64,000 nucleotides of DNA from Bacteroidia bacterium. Its GTDB lineage: Bacteria; Bacteroidota; Bacteroidia; 2-12-FULL-35-15. Below are positions 1-8,686 of the stretch, piece by piece. The position numbers and the translations under genes were made by a program. The number at the start of each line of letters is the position of its first letter. The first letter of the stretch is position 1. The notes beneath the pieces were generated by a model that worked only from the letters and a program-made list of their open reading frames with translations, did no database searches and was not told the DNA's origin. The stretch lies in assembly GCA_030654175.1 (NCBI GenBank), contig JAURXZ010000049.1, forward strand, positions 92,334 to 156,333, written 5' to 3'.

Positions 1-2
1 AA

Positions 3-118
3 AATATTTCGAAAGAGAAGGTTTCAGATAGTAAATTTGAAATTCCAAAAGAAGGTTATATCGTTACCACTGTTGAAGAACTGCAAAATGCAATGATGAA
101 GGAAATGGGCGGGCAATA
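3..118 (+). CDS. 3' end of an upstream gene (partial, ...EELQNAMMKEMGGQ*), function unknown
   Basis: Frame 3 is open from the window edge to TAA at 116-118 and is followed by an intrinsic terminator. Confidence 0.3.
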
Positions 119-146
119 AAAATTCACTCTAATTTTCTAATATAAA

Positions 147-177
147 AGACCAGAGGTTGCTCTCTGGTCTTTTTTTA
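147..177 (+). terminator. Rho-independent terminator (agaccagag-loop-ctctggtct + T7)
   Basis: 9-bp GC-containing stem, 6-nt loop, then a run of 7 T read directly from the sequence. Confidence 0.7.
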
Positions 178-214
178 TTGTTTATGTTCGTTGATTCAAA
201 TCAATATACTTTCA

Positions 215-254
215 GTGCAAGATTTCCAGCTTTTGTGCAAGACTTTGAGCTTTT
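215..254. promoter_or_regulatory. Two tandem 20-bp direct repeats (gtgcaagatttccagctttt / gtgcaagactttgagctttt), candidate operator upstream of the LexA-like gene
   Basis: 17 of 20 positions identical, head-to-tail, about 140 bp upstream of the ORF that starts at 397. Confidence 0.4.
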
Positions 255-396
255 AGAAGATTTTACTTGTATCGCGATTCTCATCTTGTTAGTGCTTTTA
301 CCCTAAAAACCAACCTGTTAATCCTTTGTTAATAAAAAGTTCGGAATTTTTGTACTTTTTAAGTTCTTTTTTGTAGTTTTACCAAAAATTAGCAAT

Positions 397-1056
397 ATGT
401 CAGTACCCAGAAAAGAAAAACATTCCTATATCGGACCCAATTTATTCTTTCTAAGAAAACAAAAAGGCAACACCCTTGAACAAATGGCTGACCTGCTTTT
501 CTTAAAAGGAAAATCCTCCTATAAAGCATACGAGGAAGGACGTTCTTTACCCGATATACATAAACTGATGAAACTCGCATCTTATTTTGATACTTCTCTT
601 GAAGAATTGGTTTATCAGGATATTGAGAATTTAAAAGCAAGTAAAAAAACGGAGGATACTAAATTATTCGAAATTGGAAAAGTTCCTTTAGCCGCAGCAG
701 CAGGTTATGCAAGAAGTTTTGGAGACCTTGGATATATCCGGGAATTGGAAACAATAAAGATCCCATTTCAACCTTATGGTATTGCACGTGCTTTTGATAT
801 TGAAGGCGATTCCATGGAACCTGAAATACCCGATGGAGCTACAGTGGTTGGTATTAAGATCAGCCCATCTGAAATTAAAGATAACAAAGCGTATATAATT
901 GTAACTGTAAACGGTCTTCAATGCAAAAATATAAGTATTGATGAGGATGAGAAAATTATTTACCTGATTTCAAAAAATCAAAAATACCGGATGAAACATA
1001 TAGAAAAATCGGATGTTATGGAGATATGGGAAGTATGGAGAATATTACAAAATTAA
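397..1056 (+). CDS. LexA-like transcriptional repressor: N-terminal XRE-type HTH plus C-terminal S24 (LexA/UmuD-type) peptidase domain
   Basis: N-terminal HTH region (NLFFLRKQKGNTLEQMADLL). Ala-Gly candidate autocleavage site (PLAAAAGY). GDSMEP serine-nucleophile motif with a downstream Lys. Sits directly upstream of bcp-recA. Confidence 0.8.
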   Translation: MSVPRKEKHSYIGPNLFFLRKQKGNTLEQMADLLFLKGKSSYKAYEEGRSLPDIHKLMKLASYFDTSLEELVYQDIENLKASKKTEDTKLFEIGKVPLAAAAGYARSFGDLGYIRELETIKIPFQPYGIARAFDIEGDSMEPEIPDGATVVGIKISPSEIKDNKAYIIVTVNGLQCKNISIDEDEKIIYLISKNQKYRMKHIEKSDVMEIWEVWRILQN

Positions 1057-1203
1057 TACACTTTTCTTTTGATAGTCTGAATTTTAAAGTCTGACCTAAA
1101 TTAAGGAAATAGCATCTTTTTTTTGTCCGGATTTGTTAATAAAAATGCAGAAAACAAATTTTTATTTAGCGTTTAATCGTTTATTTTTGAAAGTAAAATT
1201 AGG

Positions 1204-1671
1204 ATGGCAAATTATAGTACAAGTTTAAAAGAAGGCGATAAAGCTCCTGATTTTAAAGGAATAGATCAGGATGGTAATGTTATTGCTTTAAAAGATTTTA
1301 AAGGTAAGAAATTAGTAATTTATTTTTACCCCAAAGATGATACTCCCGGATGTACGGCCGAAGCGTGTAACCTGCGTGATAATTATGCAGCATTGAAAAA
1401 AGAAGGGTATGCAATAGTTGGAATTAGTGCTGATGATGAAAAAAAACATAAAAAATTCATAGATAAATACAAATTACCTTTCCCATTAATTGCTGACGTT
1501 GATAGGAAAATAATTGAAGCTTACGATGTATGGGGCGAAAAGAAGTTTATGGGGAAAGTGTTTGATGGGATCGTTCGAACCACTTTTGTGATCAATGAAA
1601 AAGGGAAGATTGAAAAAGTGATCTCGAAGGTTAATACTAAAAATCATACGGAGCAGATATTGAATCAATAA
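1204..1671 (+). CDS. bcp: Peroxiredoxin Bcp (thiol peroxidase, AhpC/TSA family)
   Basis: [15 protein letters not shown] peroxidatic-Cys motif; about 155 aa. Confidence 0.9.
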   Translation: MANYSTSLKEGDKAPDFKGIDQDGNVIALKDFKGKKLVIYFYPKDDTPGCTAEACNLRDNYAALKKEGYAIVGISADDEKKHKKFIDKYKLPFPLIADVDRKIIEAYDVWGEKKFMGKVFDGIVRTTFVINEKGKIEKVISKVNTKNHTEQILNQ

Positions 1672-1721
1672 TAAATAACAATTATAGAAATAACTCAAAA
1701 ATCACTAAATCCACAAATAAA

Positions 1722-2804
1722 ATGAGCAAAGAAACCAAAGAAGCAAAAGGGACTAAAGGTGCTGATAAAGCAAAAGAGATCAACAAGGAAAAATTAAAAG
1801 CCTTGCAACTTACTCTCGATAAATTAGAAAAAACGTATGGTAAAGGTTCCATCATGAAAATGGGGGATAAGCCGGCTGAAAACGTTGAAGTAATCCCTAC
1901 AGGATCTTTATCATTGGATATTGCTTTAGGCATAGGCGGTTTACCAAAAGGAAGAGTAATTGAAATTTATGGACCGGAATCATCCGGTAAAACAACCTTA
2001 ACATTACATGCTATTGCTGAAGTGCAAAAAGCCGGTGGTATAGCTGCTTTTATTGATGCGGAACATGCATTTGACCGTACTTATGCTGAAAAATTAGGGG
2101 TGGATACCGAAAATCTATTAATTTCTCAACCGGATAATGGTGAGCAAGCATTAGAAATTGCTGAAAACCTGATCCGTTCGGGAGCCATTGACATTATTGT
2201 AATTGACTCCGTAGCTGCATTGGTTCCTAAAAGTGAGATCGAAGGCGAAATGGGCGATTCAAAAATGGGTTTACATGCTCGTTTAATGTCTCAGGCATTG
2301 CGTAAATTAACCGGAACTATAAGCAAAACAGGATGCTGCTGTATTTTTATCAATCAATTACGTGAAAAGATCGGTGTAATGTTCGGTAATCCTGAAACTA
2401 CAACAGGTGGTAACGCTCTAAAATTCTATGCTTCTGTGCGTTTGGATATTCGCAGGATCGGACAAATTAAAGATGGCGATGCAGTGGTTGGTAACCGTAC
2501 CCGTGTTAAAGTTGTTAAAAACAAAGTAGCTCCTCCTTTCCGTCAGGCGGAATTTGACATCATGTATGGCGAAGGAATCTCTAAAGTAGGCGAGATCGTT
2601 GACTTAGGTGTAGAAAACAATATTATCAAAAAAAGCGGTTCATGGTTCAGTTACGGTGAGACCAAATTAGGTCAGGGACGTGATTCTGTGAAGTCATTAT
2701 TTAATGATAATCCTGATCTTACGGAAGAAATTGAATTCAAGATCAGAGAAGCATTAAACAGTGGAACTGAAGTAGCAGCGCTTGAATTAGTAGCAGCTAA
2801 ATAA
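1722..2804 (+). CDS. recA: Recombinase RecA
   Basis: Walker [10 protein letters not shown]. Canonical RecA core blocks ([19 protein letters not shown]). 360 aa. Confidence 0.97.
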   Translation: MSKETKEAKGTKGADKAKEINKEKLKALQLTLDKLEKTYGKGSIMKMGDKPAENVEVIPTGSLSLDIALGIGGLPKGRVIEIYGPESSGKTTLTLHAIAEVQKAGGIAAFIDAEHAFDRTYAEKLGVDTENLLISQPDNGEQALEIAENLIRSGAIDIIVIDSVAALVPKSEIEGEMGDSKMGLHARLMSQALRKLTGTISKTGCCCIFINQLREKIGVMFGNPETTTGGNALKFYASVRLDIRRIGQIKDGDAVVGNRTRVKVVKNKVAPPFRQAEFDIMYGEGISKVGEIVDLGVENNIIKKSGSWFSYGETKLGQGRDSVKSLFNDNPDLTEEIEFKIREALNSGTEVAALELVAAK

Positions 2805-2819
2805 ATACCTTAGCCCCGG

Positions 2820-2841
2820 CCCCTCTCCATTTGGAGAGGGG
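2820..2841 (+). terminator. GC stem-loop downstream of recA (cccctctcc-attt-ggagagggg), no clear T-tract
   Basis: 9-bp perfect stem read from the sequence. The missing U-run lowers confidence that it terminates. Confidence 0.35.
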
Positions 2842-2949
2842 AGAAGGGACAGGGAAATCAATAGCTTAATATTTTTATAATGTCATCTCAAATGTAATGT
2901 ATCTAATACATTGCAAAAAGAGATGACATTTTTTATTTACTTTTGTTAT

Positions 2950-3987
2950 ATGAAAATCAGATCATTTTTTTATTTATTATCGTCAGTGTTGATCGGTATA
3001 ACTATGCTAACCGCTTGTGGAAGAGATAACACCATTTCCGAAACAAAAAAAACAGATTCAACTTCTCAAAATGTTTCTGAAGAGTTGAAACAATTGGATG
3101 CTCAATTACTTGAACAACCTGATAATGCCGATCTATACCATAAGCGCGCTAAGTATTATTTTGATAAAAAAAAATACAACGAAAGCTTTGGTGATATAAC
3201 AAAGGCTATGAAAATTGACAGTTCAAAAGCCGGATATTATAGTACACTTTCGGATCTTTATTTTGTTACGAACCAAACCGGAAATGCTAAAATGGCCTTG
3301 GAAAAATGTATCAACCTTGATAATAAAAATGTGGATGCAATGCTCAAATTGGCGGAGTTGTATTTATATGTTCGTAAGAATGAGCAATCAATGAAATACA
3401 TTAATATGGCCTTGAAAGTAAATCAATACAATGCAAAGGCGTATTTCATGAAAGGTATGAATTATAAGGAGTTGAAGGATACCGCTAAAGCTATTTCGAG
3501 TATGCAAACGGCTGTGGAACAGGATCAGCAGTATTATAATGCCTATATACAATTAGGAATATTATGCGCTGCGAAAAAAAATCCATTGGCGATACAATAT
3601 TATAAAAATGCCATCAGAATAGATGAAAATAGTACAGAGGCCTGGTATAATTTAGGGAAATGTTATCAAGATATGGGGGAATGGACCAATGCATTGGAAA
3701 CCTATACCAATCTGATACAAATGGATCAGGGTAGCAAAAATGCCCATTATAATATTGGGGTGATACATTTGGTGAATTTTAAAAAATATGATCTTGCAAT
3801 AAGTCATTTTACAGAAGCCATGCGTATTGACCCTAAATATGTACAAGCCTATTACGGACGCGGTGTCTGCTATCAAAGTAAAAGAGATATTAAAAATGCA
3901 GCAATAGATTTTCAAGCTTGTTTGGACATTGATCCGAAATTTGAGCCGGCACAAATAGCATTGAAAGAATTAAGTGGAAGCAAGTGA
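2950..3987 (+). CDS. TPR-repeat lipoprotein
   Basis: Lipoprotein signal MKIRSFFYLLSSVLIGITMLTAC. Multiple TPR-like repeats (AxxYxxxG / YYNLG patterns). Start moved to an internal Met relative to the ORF track. Confidence 0.7.
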   Translation: MKIRSFFYLLSSVLIGITMLTACGRDNTISETKKTDSTSQNVSEELKQLDAQLLEQPDNADLYHKRAKYYFDKKKYNESFGDITKAMKIDSSKAGYYSTLSDLYFVTNQTGNAKMALEKCINLDNKNVDAMLKLAELYLYVRKNEQSMKYINMALKVNQYNAKAYFMKGMNYKELKDTAKAISSMQTAVEQDQQYYNAYIQLGILCAAKKNPLAIQYYKNAIRIDENSTEAWYNLGKCYQDMGEWTNALETYTNLIQMDQGSKNAHYNIGVIHLVNFKKYDLAISHFTEAMRIDPKYVQAYYGRGVCYQSKRDIKNAAIDFQACLDIDPKFEPAQIALKELSGSK

Positions 3988-4203
3988 TTTTTTGAAAAAA
4001 ATGATCAGAAATGGTCAAAATTGGCCGAAATTTTGAATAGAATCAAATAAAAAGTGTTTTTTTGTCGTTTTAGAACATGCCCTGTTTATAGGCGTTTTAA
4101 TAAATTTTGCATAAAATTTACGGAATAAATACTAAGAATTGCCGCTCATTTCATTTTTTTAGTTATCTTTGCAGTATTATTAATCAAAACAATTATTATT
4201 AAA

Positions 4204-4395
4204 ATGAAAAATGGAACTGTAAAGTTTTTTAATGAAACAAAAGGATTTGGATTCATTAAGGCAAATGATTCTGGAGAAGAATTTTTTGTACACGTGTCTG
4301 GCTTGAAAGAAGAAATCCGTCAAAATGACGAGGTAGTTTTCGAAGTACAAGAAGGTAAAAAAGGTTTAAATGCTGTAAATGTAAAATTAGCATAA
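4204..4395 (+). CDS. Cold-shock protein (CspA family, S1-like cold-shock domain)
   Basis: GTVKFFNETKGFGFI and FVHVSG RNP motifs; 63 aa. Confidence 0.9.
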   Translation: MKNGTVKFFNETKGFGFIKANDSGEEFFVHVSGLKEEIRQNDEVVFEVQEGKKGLNAVNVKLA

Positions 4396-4419
4396 TTATA
4401 TTCAGTTATAATTTACCAG

Positions 4420-4456
4420 AAAAGTCCCGTTCTATTAAGATCGGGGCTTTTTTCGT
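4420..4456 (+). terminator. Rho-independent terminator after csp (aaaagucccg-12 nt loop-cggggcuuuu + U-run)
   Basis: 10-bp stem with one G-U wobble pair, followed by a T-tract. Confidence 0.6.
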
Positions 4457-4495
4457 TTTAGGGTGTTTAGTTTATTATTAGATATTTATTCATTT

Positions 4496-4603
4496 GGGCG
4501 TTCCACTTTCTTAAACAAGAAAGTGTCGGGCTTTTCACTTCAATCTTTCCTTTCGCCAGCTGGCGACAGGAAAGGATTTTCGTTTCAATCCCTAACGCAG
4601 CAT
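4496..4603 (-). repeat. Copy A of the dispersed structured intergenic element (about 100 nt), minus orientation
   Basis: Shares GCGTTAGGGATTG..AAATCC..ATTGAAG..AAAGCCCG..hairpin..AACGCCC blocks with copies at 8483, 25198, 33823 and 37758. Confidence 0.8.
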
Positions 4604-4799
4604 ATCCCTGAAAGAACCAACATTTAATATATTTTACTTTTGGGACCAAAAGCTTGCTTTTTTTTATCTTTTTTTGGCTAAAAAATCTACCCCTGACCTG
4701 GATTAAAGTATAAATAAATCCTAATTTTTTTGTACTTTTGTATTCCTAAAAATCAAAATCCCGATAGTTATCAGGATACTAAATTAAAAATTTCACAAA

Positions 4800-6140
4800 A
4801 TGAATATTACTCAAGAGAATGTTGATGAATTAAATGCTGTACTTAGAGTGAAAGTAGCGGCTGAAGATTATTTACCTAAAGTTGAGAGTGCCTTAAAAGC
4901 CCATCAGAAAAAAGCGACTATACCAGGATTTCGTCCGGGAAAAGTTCCTTCAGGAGTGATAAAAAAAATGTATGGTAGGTCTGTATTAGTTGAAGCGATC
5001 AATAAGTTGTTAAACGATTCATTGTATACCTATATAAATGAAAATAAAATTGAAGTATTGGGCAACCCTTTACCAAAATTAGATAGCCATATTGATTGGG
5101 ATAATCAAAAAGACTTTGAATTTTTATATGAAATGGGACTTGCTCCTAAATTTAGTGTTGAACTTTCAGCGAAAGATAAATTCACCTATAAAACTGTGAA
5201 AATTGATGAGGAACTGATAAACAAATATATCTCTGATATTTCTAAACGTTACGGAAAGGTGGAGAATGTTGATGTTTCCGGTGAAAGTGATCTGTTGAAT
5301 GGTGATTTTGTAGAATTGGATGCTAATGGAGAAATTTTAGCGGGTGGTATTTTCAAAACATCATCTATATTTCTTGACAGAGTAAAAGATGAAGCCACCA
5401 AAAAGGCATTGATCGGTTTAAAGAAAGATGATAAAGTAGTATTGGATGCTCAAAAATTAGCTGATAATCCTGTTGATATCGCAACTATGTTGGGTATTGA
5501 AAAAGATGCGGCCGAAAAAATAACATCAAAGATCCAGTTCACAGTAAAAAATATCAGTCGTTTAGCCGGTTCTGATGTTAACCAGGAGTTATTTGATAAA
5601 ATTTATGGTGAAGGAACTATCACCAGTGCAGAAGAATTTAAAGCTAAAATTAAAGATGAATTGACGGGAATGTTCATTAATGACAGCGAACGCAAATTCT
5701 ACAATGACGTAGTTGAATATTTGATGAACAAGATCAATTTTAATTTACCTACCGAATTTTTGAAACGCTGGATAGTTGCGGTAAATGAAAAGCCGGTAAC
5801 ACCTGAACAAGTAGAATCTGAGTTTGAAGGATATTCAAAAGGATTAAAATGGTCGTTGATCGAAAACAAGATCATTAAGGATAATAATATCCAGGTAACC
5901 AATGAGGAAGTTATTGAATCTACCAAACAAATGATCATAGAGCAATTTGGTAAATATGATCCAACTCCAATGGATGCTGAGGCATTGAACTCAACAACAC
6001 AAAGAGTATTATCAAATAAAGACGAAGCAAAAAAAATATACGAAAAATTGTACGGAGAAAAAGTATTGGCTTTCTTTAAATCCAAATTTACATTGGAGAA
6101 CCAGGAACTTTCTTACGATGATTTTTTCAAAAATGCATAA
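4800..6140 (+). CDS. tig: Trigger factor (ribosome-associated PPIase chaperone)
   Basis: PGFRPGKVP signature motif. 446 aa. Conserved tig-clpP-clpX order. Confidence 0.92.
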   Translation: MNITQENVDELNAVLRVKVAAEDYLPKVESALKAHQKKATIPGFRPGKVPSGVIKKMYGRSVLVEAINKLLNDSLYTYINENKIEVLGNPLPKLDSHIDWDNQKDFEFLYEMGLAPKFSVELSAKDKFTYKTVKIDEELINKYISDISKRYGKVENVDVSGESDLLNGDFVELDANGEILAGGIFKTSSIFLDRVKDEATKKALIGLKKDDKVVLDAQKLADNPVDIATMLGIEKDAAEKITSKIQFTVKNISRLAGSDVNQELFDKIYGEGTITSAEEFKAKIKDELTGMFINDSERKFYNDVVEYLMNKINFNLPTEFLKRWIVAVNEKPVTPEQVESEFEGYSKGLKWSLIENKIIKDNNIQVTNEEVIESTKQMIIEQFGKYDPTPMDAEALNSTTQRVLSNKDEAKKIYEKLYGEKVLAFFKSKFTLENQELSYDDFFKNA

Positions 6141-6270
6141 CTGCGATTTTAGATCGTTATAAATTTTTATGCCAAAAAGACATTAAATTTATTGAGGTTT
6201 AATTTTTGCAATCAAAACTATTATAAAAACTTTATAACCTTTTAACCTTTTAAACTTTAAACTCAACTAT

Positions 6271-6945
6271 ATGTTTGATAACAATGAATTCAGAAAATAC
6301 GCTGTAAAGCACCGCGGTATCAGCGGTACTACGTTTGACTCTTACAGCAGACACAATGTAAGTAATGTAACGCCTTATATCATTGAAGAGCGTCAGTTAA
6401 ATGTAACCCAAATGGACGTATTTTCCCGTTTGATGATGGATCGCGTTATTTTCCTTGGAACAGGAATTGACGACCAGGTGGCTAATATCATTCAGGCTCA
6501 GCTTTTATTCTTACAATCGGTGGATGCTAAAAAAGACATCCAGATCTACATGAATAGCCCGGGAGGTTCTGTGTATGCAGGTTTAGGTATTTATGATACC
6601 ATGCAATACATTACGCCTGATGTAGCAACTATTTGTACAGGTATGGCAGCATCAATGGGTGCAGTGCTTATGTGTGCTGGTACAAAAGGTAAACGTGCTG
6701 CATTAAAACACTCACGTGTGATGATTCACCAGCCAATGGGTGGTGCTGAAGGACAAGCTTCTGACATCGAGATCACTGCTCGTGAAATTCAAAAATTGAA
6801 AAAAGAATTGTACGATATTATTGCTAAACACAGCGGACAAACCTATGAAAAAGTTTGGGCTGATAGTGACCGCGATTGTTGGATGACAGCTGAAGAAGCT
6901 AAAGCATACGGCATGGTGGATGAAGTTTTAGCGAAATCTAAATAA
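6271..6945 (+). CDS. clpP: ATP-dependent Clp protease proteolytic subunit
   Basis: Ser/His/Asp catalytic-triad context (GMAASMGA, HQPMGG); 224 aa. Confidence 0.95.
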   Translation: MFDNNEFRKYAVKHRGISGTTFDSYSRHNVSNVTPYIIEERQLNVTQMDVFSRLMMDRVIFLGTGIDDQVANIIQAQLLFLQSVDAKKDIQIYMNSPGGSVYAGLGIYDTMQYITPDVATICTGMAASMGAVLMCAGTKGKRAALKHSRVMIHQPMGGAEGQASDIEITAREIQKLKKELYDIIAKHSGQTYEKVWADSDRDCWMTAEEAKAYGMVDEVLAKSK

Positions 6946-6953
6946 TATTTCAA

Positions 6954-7017
6954 CGAATAACGAATTTCCCGAATAACGAATAAATACAGATTCGTTATTC
7001 GGGAAATTCGTTATTCG
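6954..7017. promoter_or_regulatory. Perfect 28-bp inverted repeat (cgaataacgaatttcccgaataacgaat / attcgttattcgggaaattcgttattcg, 8-nt loop) between clpP and clpX
   Basis: Read directly from the sequence. The arms are also internally repetitive (cgaataacgaat occurs twice per arm). Confidence 0.5.
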
Positions 7018-7036
7018 CTGGAAAATTTGTAAAAAA

Positions 7037-8287
7037 ATGGCAAAAGAAGAAAAAGAAATAAAATGTTCATTCTGTGGACGCAAGAAACAAGAAACGGAAG
7101 TACTCATTGCGGGTATCACCGGGCATATTTGTAATCACTGCGTTACTCAGGCTCAAACCATAGTGCGTGATGAAGCAAGCCAGAATTCAGGTGCTTCCAT
7201 CTTTAATGCATTGCATCTCCTGAAGCCAATGGAGATTAAAAAACATTTGGATGAGTATGTGATCGGCCAGGATGAGGCAAAAAAAGTTCTGTCAGTAGCT
7301 GTTTATAACCATTACAAACGTTTGATTAAAAGTCAGTCGAAAACAGCTCAGAAAGATGAAGTGGAGATCGATAAATCAAATGTGATAATGGTAGGTGAAA
7401 CAGGAACAGGTAAAACATTGTTGGCGCGAACCATTGCAAAAGTACTTAATGTACCTTTTTGCATTGCAGATGCAACAGTGCTTACCGAAGCTGGTTATGT
7501 TGGTGAAGATGTGGAAAGTATTTTATCACGTCTTTTGCAAGCTGCCGATTTTGATGTTACTGCTGCCGAAAGAGGAATTGTATTTATTGATGAGATCGAT
7601 AAGATAGCGCGTAAAAGCGATAATCCTTCTATCACCCGTGATGTTTCAGGTGAAGGTGTTCAGCAAGGTTTATTGAAATTACTGGAAGGTTCAGTTGTAG
7701 GTGTTCCACCACAAGGCGGACGTAAACATCCTGAACAAAAAATGATACAGGTAAATACGAAGAACATATTATTTATTTGTGGCGGAGCTTTTGACGGGAT
7801 CACCAGGAATATCGGAAAACGCTTGCAAACACAAGCTATCGGTTATAATGTAAACAAAGAAAAAGTTAGCATTGATACTGATAATTTATTGCAATATGTT
7901 TCGCCTCAGGATCTAAAAAGTTTTGGTTTAATACCTGAATTAATAGGTCGTTTGCCGGTATTAACTTATTTGAATCCTTTGGATGCGGATACGTTACGCA
8001 GGATTTTGAGCGAGCCCAAAAATGCATTAATAAAACAATATTTGCATTTGTTTGAAATGGATGGTGTAAAAATCACATTTGAAAAAGGTGTGTTGGATTT
8101 TATTGTAGAGAAAGCAATGGAATTTAAGTTAGGTGCACGTGGTTTACGTTCGATTTGCGAGGCTATCATGATGGATCTGATGTTTGATACCCCTTCTGAT
8201 GCAACTGTGAAGGAGGTTAACCTGACACTGCGTTACGCTAAAGATAAACTCAAAAAATCAACTTTGACGAAATTGAAAGTTGCGTAA
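7037..8287 (+). CDS. clpX: ATP-dependent Clp protease ATP-binding subunit ClpX
   Basis: N-terminal C4 zinc finger (CSFCGR...CNHC). Walker [12 protein letters not shown]+ sensor motifs. 416 aa. Confidence 0.95.
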   Translation: MAKEEKEIKCSFCGRKKQETEVLIAGITGHICNHCVTQAQTIVRDEASQNSGASIFNALHLLKPMEIKKHLDEYVIGQDEAKKVLSVAVYNHYKRLIKSQSKTAQKDEVEIDKSNVIMVGETGTGKTLLARTIAKVLNVPFCIADATVLTEAGYVGEDVESILSRLLQAADFDVTAAERGIVFIDEIDKIARKSDNPSITRDVSGEGVQQGLLKLLEGSVVGVPPQGGRKHPEQKMIQVNTKNILFICGGAFDGITRNIGKRLQTQAIGYNVNKEKVSIDTDNLLQYVSPQDLKSFGLIPELIGRLPVLTYLNPLDADTLRRILSEPKNALIKQYLHLFEMDGVKITFEKGVLDFIVEKAMEFKLGARGLRSICEAIMMDLMFDTPSDATVKEVNLTLRYAKDKLKKSTLTKLKVA

Positions 8288-8330
8288 AGGAAATTAATAG
8301 TTACTATTCCTGTTTATAATTATTTTATAA

Positions 8331-8358
8331 TGCCCCCTCTTTCAAGGGGGCATTTTTA
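8331..8358 (+). terminator. Rho-independent terminator after clpX (tgccccct-cuuuca-agggggca + T-run)
   Basis: 8-bp GC-rich stem followed by tttttatt. Confidence 0.75.
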
Positions 8359-8482
8359 TTGATATAAATTCGTTAAATTCGTATCAAGAAATTGCGCTAA
8401 CAATTGAAACTTAAAAATCGGAGTCCGATTGTTAAGTTAGGCTAAAGCCCAATAAAAGCTGACAAATTCTCTTTCACTGAAA

Positions 8483-8580
8483 ATGCTGCGTTAGGGATTG
8501 CAGCGTAAATCCTTTTCTGTTTAGAAAAGATTGAAGCGGAAAGCCCGCCCCTTTCTTTTTTCAAAGAAAGGGGAACGCCC
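8483..8580 (+). repeat. Copy B of the dispersed structured intergenic element, plus orientation
   Basis: Same conserved blocks as the other four copies. Confidence 0.8.
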
Positions 8581-8686
8581 TAATGAAAAAGGTTTTAAAC
8601 AAATTATTTTTATTTTATTAATCGAACTCAGCTTAAAAATTAATATCCTATTGGGGAAATTTAATTTGTGATAACAAAAACAAAAA

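Noticed and set aside
397-1056. Possibility that the XRE/S24 repressor marks a prophage (cI-like)
   Set aside because: No integrase, terminase, capsid or attachment-site features occur anywhere nearby, and the flanking genes are bcp and recA. A chromosomal LexA-like regulator is more parsimonious.
4467-4649. 60-aa ORF in the csp-tig intergenic region (and similar ORFs at 8521-8733, 37704-37943, 37756-37962)
   Set aside because: Each one overlaps a copy of the structured dispersed repeat. The open frames are a by-product of the repeat sequence, not coding genes.
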